DNA of 64,000 bases. It comes from Octopus vulgaris. Lineage: Eukaryota. The notes beneath the pieces were generated by a model. It was not told where the DNA came from, did no database searches, and saw only the letters and a program-made list of their open reading frames with translations. The DNA lies in NCBI GenBank assembly GCA_951406725.2, contig OX597817.1:122202001-122266000 (forward strand). Reading direction: 5' to 3'. Positions 36,122-49,820 of the stretch are shown here, one piece after another. The position numbers were made by a program, and so were the translations under genes. Numbering within the stretch: the stretch's first letter is position 1; the number at the start of each line of letters is the position of its first letter.

Positions 36122-36194
36122 TTAAGTTATATAAATGTCCTGTTTTTATTACCTACATCGTGTTGGCGTGGCATATCCTAAAAATTTATACCTT

Positions 36195-36796
36195 CTTTTA
36201 CTTACTTGTTTCAGTCATTTGACTGTGGCCATGCTGGAGCACCACCTTTAGTCGAGCAAATCGACCCCAGGACTTATTCTTTGGAAGCCTAGTACTTATT
36301 CTATCGGTCTATTTTGCCGAACAGCTAAGTTACAGGGACATAAACATACCAGCATCGGTTGTCAAGTGAAGTTGGTGGGGGACAAACAGACACACAAACA
36401 CACACATATATGTGATCGCATGTGTACCGTTGGCGATTTTTTTCCTCTGTCTTCCCTTCTCTGGATCTTTCCTTCTCTTGTTTCTGACAAAGAGCTCCGC
36501 TCGAAACGTTAAACCCTACTTCTTTCCTTCTTTCCCGAGCGTCCAATAATACTATATTTGTTCCACGTCCTTGCGTTGTTGTGTTTTTTTGTGCTTTCTT
36601 GTTTGGATTAACTATATATATACATATATATACAACGAGCTTCTTTCGGTTTCCATCTACCAAATCCACTCACAAAGCTTTGGTCAGCCTGAGGCTATAG
36701 TAGAAGACACTTGCTCAAGGTGCCATGCAGAGGGACTGAACCTAGAACCATGTGGTTCGTAGGCAAGTTACTTACCACACAGCCACTCCTGCACCT
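36195..36796 (-). mobile_element. SINE family B with a nested hammerhead-bearing insert
   Basis: Family B rc sequence interrupted within its (TA/CA)n tract. Confidence 0.88.
36411..36614 (+). mobile_element. Penelope-like terminal fragment with minimal hammerhead
   Basis: GTTT-CTGACAA-A-GAGC(tcc)GCTC-GAAAC-GTT-AAAC at 36480-36514; homologous to 24641-24775. Confidence 0.7.
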
Positions 36797-38169
36797 ATAT
36801 ATTTAGAAAAATTAATTATATTTTGTAAAAGAAAATACATATTAGCTCCTTTTGACACAGGAAAGCAATCTCCCTTCTATAATGTCTAGCTGTGTTGGCT
36901 CTGTTACCATTTGATGCATAAACAACATTGCTAGGATAACCTTGTTGACAACATTTATCAGATACTTCAAATTATTGCTGTAAACAGTATTAAAATTCCA
37001 AGTAAATAATATTAAATATTTGTTCAACAAAAGTATCTATATTAGCTGGATCGTTGCTAATTCTTTATTCCTTTTCAAAGTATTCATAGCATCAATTACA
37101 TTCAAGTAAGAGAAACAGTGGAGAAACAGGATTAAAGTTGTGACTCATTAATTAGTCCCTTACCACTAAGAATACAGAAATGAACAAGTACTAGATGACA
37201 GCCAACAACTTCAAATGGAATCAGTATTCTAATTACAAAAGACATTGCTCTGACTTCTTTCAGAACCAAACAACTCCAGCATAAAATTAATTTGACCAAT
37301 TAAGCAAATTATCCTTATGGGAAGACACATCCTTTAATGAGTTCACCATATCCATTGATTTAACTTCTTCAAATTTCTTTCCTTTCTGCATACTGAAGAA
37401 ATGATACTTCAAATTTTCAAATTCTCTGTCACATGTATTGTCAGTGCTGCTATGTTAACAGCATTTCAGGTTTCTCTTAGCCATGTATTTGGGTACAATA
37501 AATTTTTCAGAAGATATGAAACATAAATTGTACTTCGGAAAGTTATGAGAATTTAATGAGACCTGGTCTTCTGAAAGTTATCTTACATATTAATCAAGAA
37601 ATGGTTTAGAGAACTTCAGATATTCCCCAAACAACAATCAAATAAAAGCAATGCTCTGATGGACTGATTACAAAAGTTTGATGCAGACAATATTGATCTT
37701 GTGATCTTAATTAATTACCTTGAGTACACAGTTGCACAACATAACATAATATTGTCATATTAATTTTTAATTTTAGAAGATTATAAGTGATCAAAGTGAG
37801 AAAATTTCTGCCAATATGTAAATTAGATTGGTGCAAAAAACAGAAAAAAGACGATTATAAAATGATTTCGATTAACTTGTGTTAAAGTATTGTAATTAAG
37901 AATGTGTTACTGCTCAGGAGATCATCTCTGTTATAGCTAACTTGACCTTTTATGAAAACAATGACCAGTGCCCACATAACATGCCATCCAGTGAGAATAT
38001 AGATCAATGATGAGGATAACATTTATTCTGTATTCAAAGTTTGGAGTAGTCTTATAAATAAAATATACAAATTAAACCTTGGTGATAATCCATGAAATTG
38101 GACCAAACCTTCAACAGTAAAGTTTAAAATTTTTGCTAAAATTCTTTTAATTCTATTAATTGACACTCA

Positions 38170-38307
38170 GCACACTCCCCAAAAATTTTCAAGCCTTGTA
38201 CCTAGAGTAGAAAAGAATAATTTAAGTACCAGTGAAACATTGGGGCTCGATGTAATCAACTAGTCCCCTTCCCATAAATTTAAGGCCTTGTGCGTTTAGT
38301 AGAAAGG

Positions 38308-38352
<45 letters not shown>

Positions 38353-38360
38353 GTTATTAT
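38170..38360 (+). mobile_element. SINE family A (ATT-tailed variant) 3' fragments and (ATT)n tail
   Basis: AAGTACCAGT..GATGTAATCAAC..GGCCTTGTGC..AGTAGAAAGG(ATT)n. Confidence 0.75.
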
Positions 38361-38364
38361 ATTT

Positions 38365-38775
38365 TTTTTCATTGTTGTCCTTGCTTTGTTTTATATATGT
38401 TGTTTCAAATTGCACTCAGACACTTCAAGAAACATCAAGTTGGAAGTTTTACTATCGTGGGTGTCATATATGAGCAGCAATCATATATTTCAGGAAAAGC
38501 AGACCAAATACAGAAAATTAAGGTCTTTGTTAAAAGTCAGTGCCAATATTTCCAATTTGCAAAGATTTTAAAAGATTTAGATATTCTCAGGATTTCAGTG
38601 TTTTTATGAAGATGTTTTCCTTAAAAATGTTGTTGTAGTTTGGATATTTCTGGGTTTTCTAGTTTTTGACCATAGTACCATTTGGCATTATTCCCAAAGA
38701 GACAATGATCACAGGTACAGTTGTTGTTGTACTTAGATGCCATATTTTTTTGACCTCTACTTCAAGGTCTTTGAA
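38365..38775 (-). mobile_element. RLE (R4/Dong-like) LINE 3' end
   Basis: KDLEVEVKKIWHLSTTTTVPVIIVSLGIMP..ILR; 3' end abuts (TAA)n. Confidence 0.7.
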
Positions 38776-39324
38776 GGTTAACAAAAAACAAAAAAAAACG
38801 ACCTTGTCAGGAGTTGAACTCAGAACACAGAGAACAAGTATAATTATTGCAAGGCTCTAATGATTCTGCTAATTAACCGCCTTGGAGACTTACTACCCAA
38901 GATTATTTTTAATGCAAGTCATATGATAACCAGTCTTTACATTTTCTTGTACATTTTATTATTTCAACACCTATTCCCAAGTATTGTCTTTGATTGGTCA
39001 AACCTATTAAGCTGTGTTTGCTCTCACCATTACTGCACCATTATCAAGCGATAATTCAATCAGATTAAGTAATCTTAATGGAAAAGTATGGATAAGGATA
39101 GTTAAAATTAGCAGCTTCAATCAGATGTTGAGCATTGTAGACAGAAACAGGCTATTTATATCCACAGTGAAAATATTCTACGAAAGACATTTTTTTAATT
39201 ATATCAGTACTTTTTCTCCCAGAGCAGGAGAAATTTATAATTCAAAGTTCAACTAGAAATAGCTGAATAGATAGATGATTTTATCATCTATTTAACTGCA
39301 GTGCAGCATTTCTTATGATTCAAT

Positions 39325-39760
39325 GGTTTGGTAGAATTGTTAGAGAATTTGACAAAACACCATATTGTATTTGATCTGGATATTTACATTCTGAGTTCAA
39401 ATCTTATAAAAGTCAGCGTTGCCATTCATGCTTTTGGAGGTCAATAAAAGAAAGTATCAGTCAAGTACTTAGTTGAAGGAATGGGCTATCTCTTCCCTCT
39501 AAATACTGCTGACCTTGTGGCTAAATTATGCTAGGGTGTTGGGACTCATGATCATAAAATTGTGATTTCGATTCCTGGGCCAGGCAACGCCTTGTGATCT
39601 TGAACAAAACACTTCATTTCACAATTCTCCAGTCCAATCAACTGGCAAAAATTAATAATCCTCCAACAGACAGGTGTCCTATCCAGGTGGGTAATTTATA
39701 AGCCATGGAAACTGGGAAACTGGCCCTATAATAAGTCTATATAACTCAAGAAAGAATTAT
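39325..39760 (+). mobile_element. Old SINE family A followed by SINE family C
   Basis: CTGAGTTCAAAT..GCCATTCATGCTTT; then TTCGATTCCTGG..CTTGAACAAAACACTTCATTTCAC..CAGTCCAATCAACTGG. Confidence 0.65.
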
Positions 39761-40546
39761 CATGTTCTTGATCAGTTACAGTAGCAAGGTGTCAAACAAG
39801 ATTAGCTAATAGGACTTATAGTATGATAGGCATGTTAGTTGATTCCATAGTTTGGTTTAACTAACTCTCTTAAAGAGAATCAATTAAGGTTGTGCATTAG
39901 CAACAAATGTCAGGAAACAAACACCTTTGATCATTAATGTGGAAGACTGAAATAGTGATGAAGCCTCTATGTAGTCATTCTACTTGCTAGCAATAGTCAC
40001 CAAATCTTCCTCATATCATGTCCCACAGTCATAGAAAAATGACATACTAGATAATGTGGTATTGCTGTCCTGGAACATAGAATAAAGACTAGACAGTCAT
40101 GGATGGAATGCTGGATCTATCTGTGGCAGTACAACAACATCTACTACTTGTATAGGAGGAACATTTTCAGTTGGATCACCTCCCATTCATGCTTGCTGTG
40201 AATATTCTAATGACCTTCATTTGAACTCATAACTGAGATGATACTATATTATAGTAAGCCATTTTGTCTATTGCTCTGCAATTTCTTCTACTGTTATCAG
40301 TTCGTATTTGGCTTTAAATATTTAGCTTATACAACTACCTTACCTTTATATCATATCACAGATTCCCATAACCATCTTAGGCATAAGAATTCAATACTAA
40401 TCCAATAAGGTGTAGTTTCATTTAGAATGTCATTTTCTCAGCAATCTAAATTTATCACCTTGTGTGTCTGTGCATCTGTCTATCTAAGACACATATACCA
40501 ACACCCTTACACAGAAATATATATATATATATATATACATACATAC

Positions 40547-40590
<44 letters not shown>

Positions 40591-40714
40591 GTGTGTGAGT
40601 TGTGTTTATCTCATTGTCTGCTGAACTGCATAGCTACAAATGTGTTATCAATTAATCCTCCATTCTATATTATTGTTTTCCTTAACCCTACGATTTGCTT
40701 TTCTCACTCCTTTA

Positions 40715-41120
<406 letters not shown>

Positions 41121-41520
41121 ACCGTTTCTCTTCCACTCATCTATTAATCATTTTGTAAAACTTCTCATTATCTTTTCAGCTGCTTGGTTGTCCTTTTGTT
41201 TTATATTTCTTCCTTTAAACTTTCCGTTAATTTCTAATTCAAACACCTACTTTTCCCTAGTTTCTTCTACACATCTTTGTCTTAATTACCCACTTATGTT
41301 AATATTTAACTCACATTCTGCATAAGCTATCAATTTGTAAATAACCTACAGCTATTTTTTTTTCATGCTGTGTTTTTCAAAATCTAAATTCATTTAGCTT
41401 ACTTCTTTCTGTATTCCAAAGAGGTGGTTACATTTGTTCGTCTTTGATTAGTGCTCCATTTATAGAACAAAATTATATTTACCATGTATCCCATGTAAAA
41501 AACACCACTATATAGAATAC

Positions 41521-41712
41521 GGCGAGCTGGTAGAAACGTTAGTACGCTGGGCGAAATTCGTAGCCGTATTTCGTCTGCCTTTGCCTTTCATCCTTTCGGG
41601 GTCGATAAATAAAGTACCAGTTTCACACTGGGGTCGATGTAATCGACTTAATCCCTTTCTCTGTCCTTGTTTGTCCCCTCTATGTTTAGCCCCTTGTGGG
41701 TAGTAAAGAAAT
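41521..41712 (+). mobile_element. SINE family A with internal deletion
   Basis: GGCGAGCTGG..TTTCGTCTG joined directly to CTTTGCCTTTCATCC; tail AGTAAAGAAAT. Confidence 0.88.
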
Positions 41713-41904
41713 ATATATAGAAGTGAGTTCTCCATGTGCATAAAATCTCTACCTGTTAACATATAATCCTTGATTTCAGCTCTTAAGTTCAATCCACTGT
41801 GCAACCTTTCTATATTTTCTGTATGCATGTGTTTGTACATGTGTGGTTGTACACAAGTGAGATTATGTCTGTACATATGCATGTATATATATATATTCAC
41901 CTGC

Positions 41905-42274
41905 ATACTTGTTTCAGTCATTTGACTGCGGCCATGCTGGAGCACCACCTTAAGTCGAGGATATCGACCCCCAGGACTTATTCCTCGTTAGCCTAGTACT
42001 TATTCTATTGGTCTCTTTTGCCGAACGCAAACACAAGCATCGGTTGTCGAGCGAGTTGGAGGGGAGCAAATACAGACACACAAACACACACACATATATA
42101 TACGTATATACAACAGACATCTTTCAGTTTCCGTCTACCAAATCCACTCACAAGGCTTTGGTCAGCCCGAGGCTATAGTAGAAGACATTTGCCCAAGGTG
42201 CCACGCAGTGGGACTGAACCCGGGGCCATGTGCTTGGTATGCAAGCTACTTACCACACAGCCACTCCTGCGCCT
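41905..42274 (-). mobile_element. SINE family B
   Basis: ACTTGTTTCAGTCATTTGACTGCGGCC...CCACTCCTGCGCC. Confidence 0.92.
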
Positions 42275-42288
42275 ATATGTATATATAC

Positions 42289-42354
<66 letters not shown>

Positions 42355-43069
42355 TAGTGTATGTATATATATATATATATACTAGTGTATGTATGTATGT
42401 ATGTATATGTGTCTGGCTATGAGTAGACTTAATTCTACAGAGTATTTGTTTGGTTGTATCATGTTGTCAGAATCAGGTACTATACGTTACTCGAGATAGC
42501 CTGGAGAGAGTTTTGGTTTTGTTTCTCATCCAATTAATGACATGAAACAAAGGCTATTCACAGACAGTCGTTGCCTTATAATAAAGCCATTAAGGACTTT
42601 AGATATGCATTTATATTTACATAACACTTAAGTGTAAGATGAAACGACTTTACTCCCAAATGATAGACATTTTCAGAATTATTGCAAGTAAAGTTAGATT
42701 AGGTTTGGATTGAATAAATACCTTGATCCTATTGCTAACTATGTGGCTTTAACTTTAATGTACCCTGTAAATAATCTACATTAAATCCTAATCAGAGACA
42801 TTGAAATAATGGGCAAGTTATCAAAGTACTGTTAATATCAGCCACTCATGCACATATGCTTTGAAGTACACATTCACACATAATTTTTTTTTCACAATGC
42901 TCACACACACACACACACACACAGTACCTTTTCAGTTTCTGTTATACACATACATTTAAGCTATATATCCTCCACAGCTTGAATACTTGTATCACTATGT
43001 GCTGTGTTCAAACAGAGAATCAGTGATTTATACTACAAATGACTGACTGATTATATCATTTCCCTTTAA

Positions 43070-43289
43070 CGCTTTTGTTACCATATTTCTGTTGAGATGC
43101 TCTGTGTTTCTTTCAATTACTTTAATTATAACAAAGAATTTAGTAAAATAACTTAGTTATCATTAAGCTAGTGTTAGGAACATAAATTGTGACTAAGGTT
43201 TGGTGGAAGATTTTAATTCAAAACTTATGAAAACAAGACATTTGTACTCAGAGCCAGAGTCGGTTTCAGCCGGGTTGGTAATGGAAGGG
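43070..43289. mobile_element. piggyBac-type MITE
   Basis: TTAA TSD both sides; TIR CGCTTTTGTTACCA / TGGTAATGGAAGGG. Confidence 0.8.
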
Positions 43290-44363
43290 TTAAATATTTG
43301 AGCTTCTATTAATATAAACAAACCCTTGTTACTATGACTCTAAAGTAGTATGCTCAAGCTATGGGAATATTGAAATATTCAATTACCATTCAACAAACTC
43401 AAACCCAAATCTCCCAGTTTGAAATTCCTTGTAAATTCTATTCAGACATTTACTCTCCAGTACTATAACTCTCTTTGTAAGAAAGCATACGAACCTTTTC
43501 ATATTCATATTCGTGCAAGGACATTAGAATAATGACTTGTAATATAATTTCGATAATTTCGAAGGAGAATTTTTAATGTTATAAAGAAGCAGTGTAGGGA
43601 GACACAATACAAGTATGAGTCAGAGAGGAATACATTTTATCAGTAAAGGAATGTTTATTGATCGATGATCAGACCAATGGCTTTCTTTCAGATGCATTCT
43701 AGAAACCCAGTAATCAAAGGCACTCTACTATGCACTGTATGAAATCAGTATGATATTATTTTTTTCTAGCGGAAGAGCTGGTTATCTTATTATCATATGC
43801 TGTAGCTAACTTTGTTATTAAATCTCTAGGCTTATCTTTCACTCTTGTATCTTTCAATGATTAGATTTAATTTTTAGGCCTTTTTGTTTTTTTTCTTTTT
43901 CCATCCCCTCTTCTTTAATTTATAAAAGAATTATAAATAAAAGAACCATTGAGAAATGGTGAAATGGTTATCCAAATCAGTCTTTTCTCTTTCCTTTTCT
44001 TCTTGATCTTTCTCTCTTCCTCTTACATTCTCTCTTGAATTTGAATTAGCAAACAAATACACATTGCAGCAGCTATTGATCTAGTGGAGATTCTAAACTT
44101 TAACGGTTTCTGGCATCTACTGCTCAGTGGATTTTTATCAGATATATAAATTAGTTTTGTTGATAAAAACTTCAACCTCTTTAAATGATGAAATCACTGA
44201 CTAGCTCCATCTGTCTGTTTTTCTGTCTGTTTGTCTAACTCTCTCTCTCTCTCTCTCTCTCACCACTCTCGATTTCTCTCTCACTCATTCTTTGTGGCTC
44301 TTCTTTTTTTTCTATTATATATGTATATGTGTGTATGCATGTTTGTATATGTATGTGTATGTA

Positions 44364-44397
<34 letters not shown>

Positions 44398-47102
44398 CAT
44401 ACTCATATATATATATATGTCTGTGTATGTGTGTATGTGAGAGAGAGAGAGAGAGAAAGTGTGTGTGTATGTGTATGCACATACGTTTACGTGCGTGAAT
44501 GTATGTGTGCATATATTTTTGGTTCTGCATCCTATATATATATATATATAGCTTTTTTCTCAAAATGCTTTTCAGCAGTAAATAATTTCATTGCCACTGT
44601 ATTTACTTTTGTACATAACTGGCTTCATGCCATCCAACTTTAGTTTGTACCATTTCGAAAATATATTCAATTGCATTATACATGTGCATAAACTTCTTCT
44701 TGTTATATTATCTATGTGGGTTTGTTACAGAGAGCTTTGGTGCATGTCTTTTTGAATACAATTGTGTGTGTGATATCTTCAAGAAAATATATCAAAGAAA
44801 ATTTTTTTTGCAAGCAACAAGTATTTTCAGATATAAAATAGACAAAAAATATTTTTGAAATTATTGTTAGCAGTTCTTTTCCCTTTTTCAGTTTTTTTTT
44901 TTCTTACCCCCATATCATGATATTATAATTAAGTTCTGTTCCATATCAACCTGAGTCACACAAAGCTGAATCACCTAACTAAATAGGAAGAATAAAATAT
45001 TTAAGGCACCTCACCGAACTGAAGAACAAAGAGCTGCAAGCTACATTCCTAATGATATTAAAAAGAATCTCTTCAGTTATACACCTTATAAACAATATCT
45101 AAATATAACAAATGTTTCATTTAAAAAAAAAAAATTTTGTTTGGTTTTTCACCTCCTGCAGTTTCTAAGAAATCATTCCAAAATATATGATTTGTAAATA
45201 ACTTTCATCTACTCATCCATTTCTCTCATCATATCGATTTTGGTGCAACAGTGTTATAGGTGCTCAAACAAGTTCATAGAAAGTCTATGTATATTTCTCA
45301 CATAGCTAATTCTAAGAAAAATATGTACATGAACTAAGCACTACAGTCTAATAAACTATAAACTTCTTCTGACTGCCATAAATATTGCAAAAGTTCAGTT
45401 TGTTAGCATCTGATTCTTGTACAATTTTATAATTAGCCATGGGTAAGTTGAATATGTTTGCCTAGGTATAAGGAATTGCCTGTAACTGGGAATTAAAACC
45501 AATATATGAACTAGATTTACTTGGCTCTCACTATTCTCTCAACAGTGCTTGTCACTAAGCCAACACAGAACACACAAAAAGAAAAATGACCAAATCCTCA
45601 ATGGATTACTGGGTCCCTGCCAAGAGCTTCATCTTCACCTTGTGCACACAGAGATAAGGAATCTCGCATAACATGGCTCATCTTATCTTTCTAGACAATA
45701 TTGATGATGCTAAAAAATTTCAGGTACAAGAAATGAAATTTATGGTACACATCCACAAGGAACTTAATACCACTCTGCATTGCTAGCTAATCATCAGTCA
45801 AAGAACAACATTCCATATAATATATTGAAGTAACTTCCAGTTTCATTAAGGTTAATAGTAAAAATCAGTTACTACATTAGGTTTTTTTTTCTGCTGTAAG
45901 ATTGATATAAAAAACAACAACAACAACAACAACATAATATTCATTGATTTTTAATACTATTTCATTCAGTAGCTTTATCTTTCTTTAAAAAGATTTTCAA
46001 TAATACAATTTTTGCCAATACTTGTCTGTGAACTCATGGCTTTATTTTGTTTATTTATTTATTTATTTTTGTTTTCCCACTGACTGAATTAGATTTTAGA
46101 TTTTAGCTATATATATATATATATATATATTTTATCCAAAGGTTTTCAAAACTGCAGTTTGCAGAATAATGCTTACATAAGACATTTTAATCTAGTTTAA
46201 TTAGTAGCTGCAGAGATATATCAAAAGAAAGCTAATGAATGATAAACTCATAATAAGATTATTCTAAATTTTAGAAGAGGAATATAAAATTATGAATCAG
46301 AAATAATCTAGTAGATTTTCTCCTCTTATTCAGGTTATATATATATTTTTTATTTTACACAAGTATATCACACTCTGCTATAGAATAATAATTAGTAAAC
46401 TGAGATGTGGTAGTTACTATTAGCAAATAAACATCGATCTTACAGATTTCTTTTCATACAAGTGTATTATGTTTATATTATTTGTTGAATATCTTTTTTT
46501 GTTCATCTTAGCTCATAAAAATTCATTAGCATGTTGCTCCATGACTCTTTGCTGATTCTGGAATCTAATTTAAGAAGATCTATTTAATTAGCTAATAGGA
46601 TGGGGTGTAAAAGACAATACTTCAGTAAATCTATGTAATACTTCTAGCTGTATCAGAGGATAAGTGACAAGCCAATCTGCAAAAGAGTTATTAAACCAAT
46701 GAAAGGATTTTGCGTTCTGAAAACTCATATAGTTTGCTCAAGTGATGGTTCATGCTGTTAGTCCTGTGGCCATAAGCAAATCCTTACAGTTATCAATGAA
46801 ATTCTAATTTCCTTTAACTAGCTCTATTGGTGATATCAACTCTGAAGCATTTCATATCAACAGCAAAAATATATATTCCTCAAAGCATTGTATTGATTTT
46901 GTTTGACAAAACAACAAGAGAATTATAGGGTAGGAAAAAAAATCAATCATTAATATAATACACATACTTATTTTATTGATTGCAGGGGTTTTGAAAAAAA
47001 AAAAACATTACAGTTGGATTTGAACTCAGAAGGAAAGTACAAATGTAATGAAATCAGTCAGTAACAACAAACGTTGTATCCTCTTAAATCTTCATTTTTT
47101 AA

Positions 47103-48162
47103 CCCTTTTTAACCATATCATTATTGAATTATGTTTAGTATTTTTTCTACTAATTTTAAAAGTCATGCAGAATTTAGTAATTATTGGTTTCAAACTCAGA
47201 ACAGGCCAGCAATTTCGGGGGAAGGAGGTAAGTCTATTACATCAACTCCAGTGTTCAACTGGTACTTATCTTATTGACCCCACAAAAGAAGGAATGCAAA
47301 GCCGACATCAGTAGAATATGAACTCAGAACATAAAGACGGATGAAATGCCACTAACCATTTCACCTGGCATCCTAACAGTTCTGCCAGCTCACTGCATTA
47401 AAACATTTAGTAATTATTAAGCTAGTTTTAGTTATTATTATGCTAGTTTGAAATGTACATTAACATGAAATTTTGATCATCATCACCACCATCATCATCA
47501 TCATTTAATGCTTGCTTTTCACACTGGCATGAGTTGGCTGGTTTGACCAGAGCTGACAAGCTGGAGAGCTGCCCCAGACTCTGGTCTAATTTGTATGGTT
47601 TCTACAGCTGGATTCCCTTCCTAATGCCAACCACTTTATAAAGTGTGCTAAGTGCTTTTACGTGGCACTCCAAGAGCACTTTTATGTGACATCAGCACAA
47701 ATGCTTTTTGCCTGGCATTGGCACAGCACTCTTCACCAGGGGGAGCAGCCTTAACAGTGTTGTGGAGTACAGGTCATCTTGAGTACAGCAAGGTGTCAAG
47801 TTTCTCAGTCTTTTGTCTTGATGGGCAGTTACAGTTAAGATCACATTAAAACAGTGTTTCCCAAAGTGGGTGGTATTGCTCCACCAAGGGGGTTTTGAAG
47901 AAAAGTGAGGTGATAATGGGGTAGTGGCTCATGTAAAAGCAACAAAATAATGGGTTAAGTTAAGGTTTATTTGTTAAATACAATTGCTTTGAATTTGTTT
48001 CAGAAAGATGTCTGTGTGTATGATGGTTAGTTGGGGTGGGAGCACTAGGAATGTGGCTTGGGTGTCAAGAGGGCAGCAACCCAAAAAAGTTTGGGAACAT
48101 CTGCTTTAAAGCATGAAGTTTGTATCATAGGGGTGGTTTTGAGTGGGTCAGTATCAAAAGGT
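47103..48162. mobile_element. piggyBac MITE expanded by three nested insertions
   Basis: TTAA|CCCTTT..AAAAGGT|TTAA; contains SINE A (47186-47400, -, TSD ATTTAGTAATTATT), an RTE 3' tail (47477-47822, -) and a hAT MITE. Confidence 0.7.
47852..48103. mobile_element. hAT-type MITE
   Basis: TIR CAGTGTTTCCCAAA / TTTGGGAACATCTG; imperfect 8-bp TSD CATTAAAA/CTTTAAAG. Confidence 0.7.
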
Positions 48163-48289
48163 TTAATGACAACAAGTATACTTGTTATAAAGGTAAAAAT
48201 ATTTGAGACCTACATGTTTATATCTCCCATTAACAAGCTCTAATCTTCAAGAGATTTCATAAAAACAGTACTGATGTTGAAGACATCAG

Positions 48290-49820
48290 CAAATGTCTGT
48301 GCCTAGTATGTAATCTCTTGGAAAGCATGTTAGCGTATGGGATTCATAGATCTTGCTTCTTGGAAGGATCACACCTTCATAAGGTATGTTGATGGAACTC
48401 ACCCTGAACCACACTCAGTCAGCTGTGGTGGGTCCCAGGATTTGGTTTCATTCTCGATACATATCCCTGTATATATCAATGGCCTGCTTGTCACCACTAC
48501 CAACAACGCTCACTTCTGTACAGATGATACCACTTTTCATTCATCAGTAACCTTTAATAGTCAAGCTTCATTCACATTCAATCATGATGCTAAAAAGAAC
48601 AATACTAATGTCATAATTAAAGACCTCATAAACATTTTTTCCACTGCATTCATGGTAATGGTTTCCTTCAGCATCACAACACATATCAAGAACAAAAGCA
48701 CAGTTACAACATATACTCTTTTATTCTTTTACTGGTTTCAGTCATTTGACTGTGGCCATGCTGAAGCACCATCTTTAATTGAGCAAATCAACCCCAGGAC
48801 TTATTCTTTGTAAGCCTAGAACTTATTCTATCTGTCTCTTTTGCTGAACCACTAAGTTACGGGGACGTAAACACACCAGCATCGGTTGACAAGTGATCTT
48901 GGTGGGGACAAACACAGACACACAAACATATACACACACACATACAAGTATATGATGGGCTTCTTTCAGTTTCCGTCTACCAAATCCACTCACAAAGCTT
49001 TGGCTGGCCTGAGGCTATAGTAGAAGACACTTGCCCAAGGTGCCACACAGTGGGACTGAACCCGGAACCATGAGGTTCATAAGCAAGCTACTTACCACAC
49101 AGCCCCTCCTACACCTACTATATCAAGAACTCATTATCAAGAGCCCTATCCGTAAACATGATTAACATATAAATTGATATTTCAAGCCCATTAAAAATGC
49201 TATGATTCATGATCACTTAAAAATCTCTCCTAGCAAACACACACCATCAACATAGCTATAACTACATGAGAAAGTCTGACCCCCATCTTCAGAACCAGAA
49301 AATGCATCAGCTTCTAAGAATCTTTAAGCCTCTGATAAAATCCACAACTGAGTATTGTACCTACATCTGGCACAGTGCTGGTGCTACATCCCCCACCACA
49401 CACACACACACACACACACATCCAAGATTACATCCATTGAAAGGCAACTTGACTAGCTGGGCAAAGTTGATCCTTATCAAACTCCACTGCAACTTTTGGC
49501 TCACAGACAAACTGTTTCCTTTCTCTCCTTTTCTGCCATCACTATTCCCAAAGCTGATTGGTCTCATGATATATCACCCTCATACAGATACTCCTGCCTC
49601 ACTCATCTATTCTTCTCTTGTTATCCATCCTGATTCTTCTTCTGCTCCCTTATTTCTGTATTAACCACTTCCACTATTCCTCCCGTTCTACATCAATCAA
49701 CCCTTTGGATTTTCCTTCGAGCACATATTTTCCTACAGCCATCAGTTGCTGTTTAAGAGGAGTATTAACCAAGTTTCTCTCATTTGGCTCAGAGGATCTC
49801 ATAAGAACCTGAGCACATCA
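48290..49820 (+). mobile_element. Degraded CR1/L2-group LINE RT region
   Basis: VDG..SVSCGGSQ..YINGLL..HFCTDDTTFHSS (GVPQGS, YINDL, YADD motifs) and QLLRIFKPLIKSTTEYCTYIW; interrupted by a SINE. Confidence 0.75.
48715..49116 (-). mobile_element. SINE family B, full length
   Basis: rc family consensus from the tail to CCCCTCCTACACC. Confidence 0.9.
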
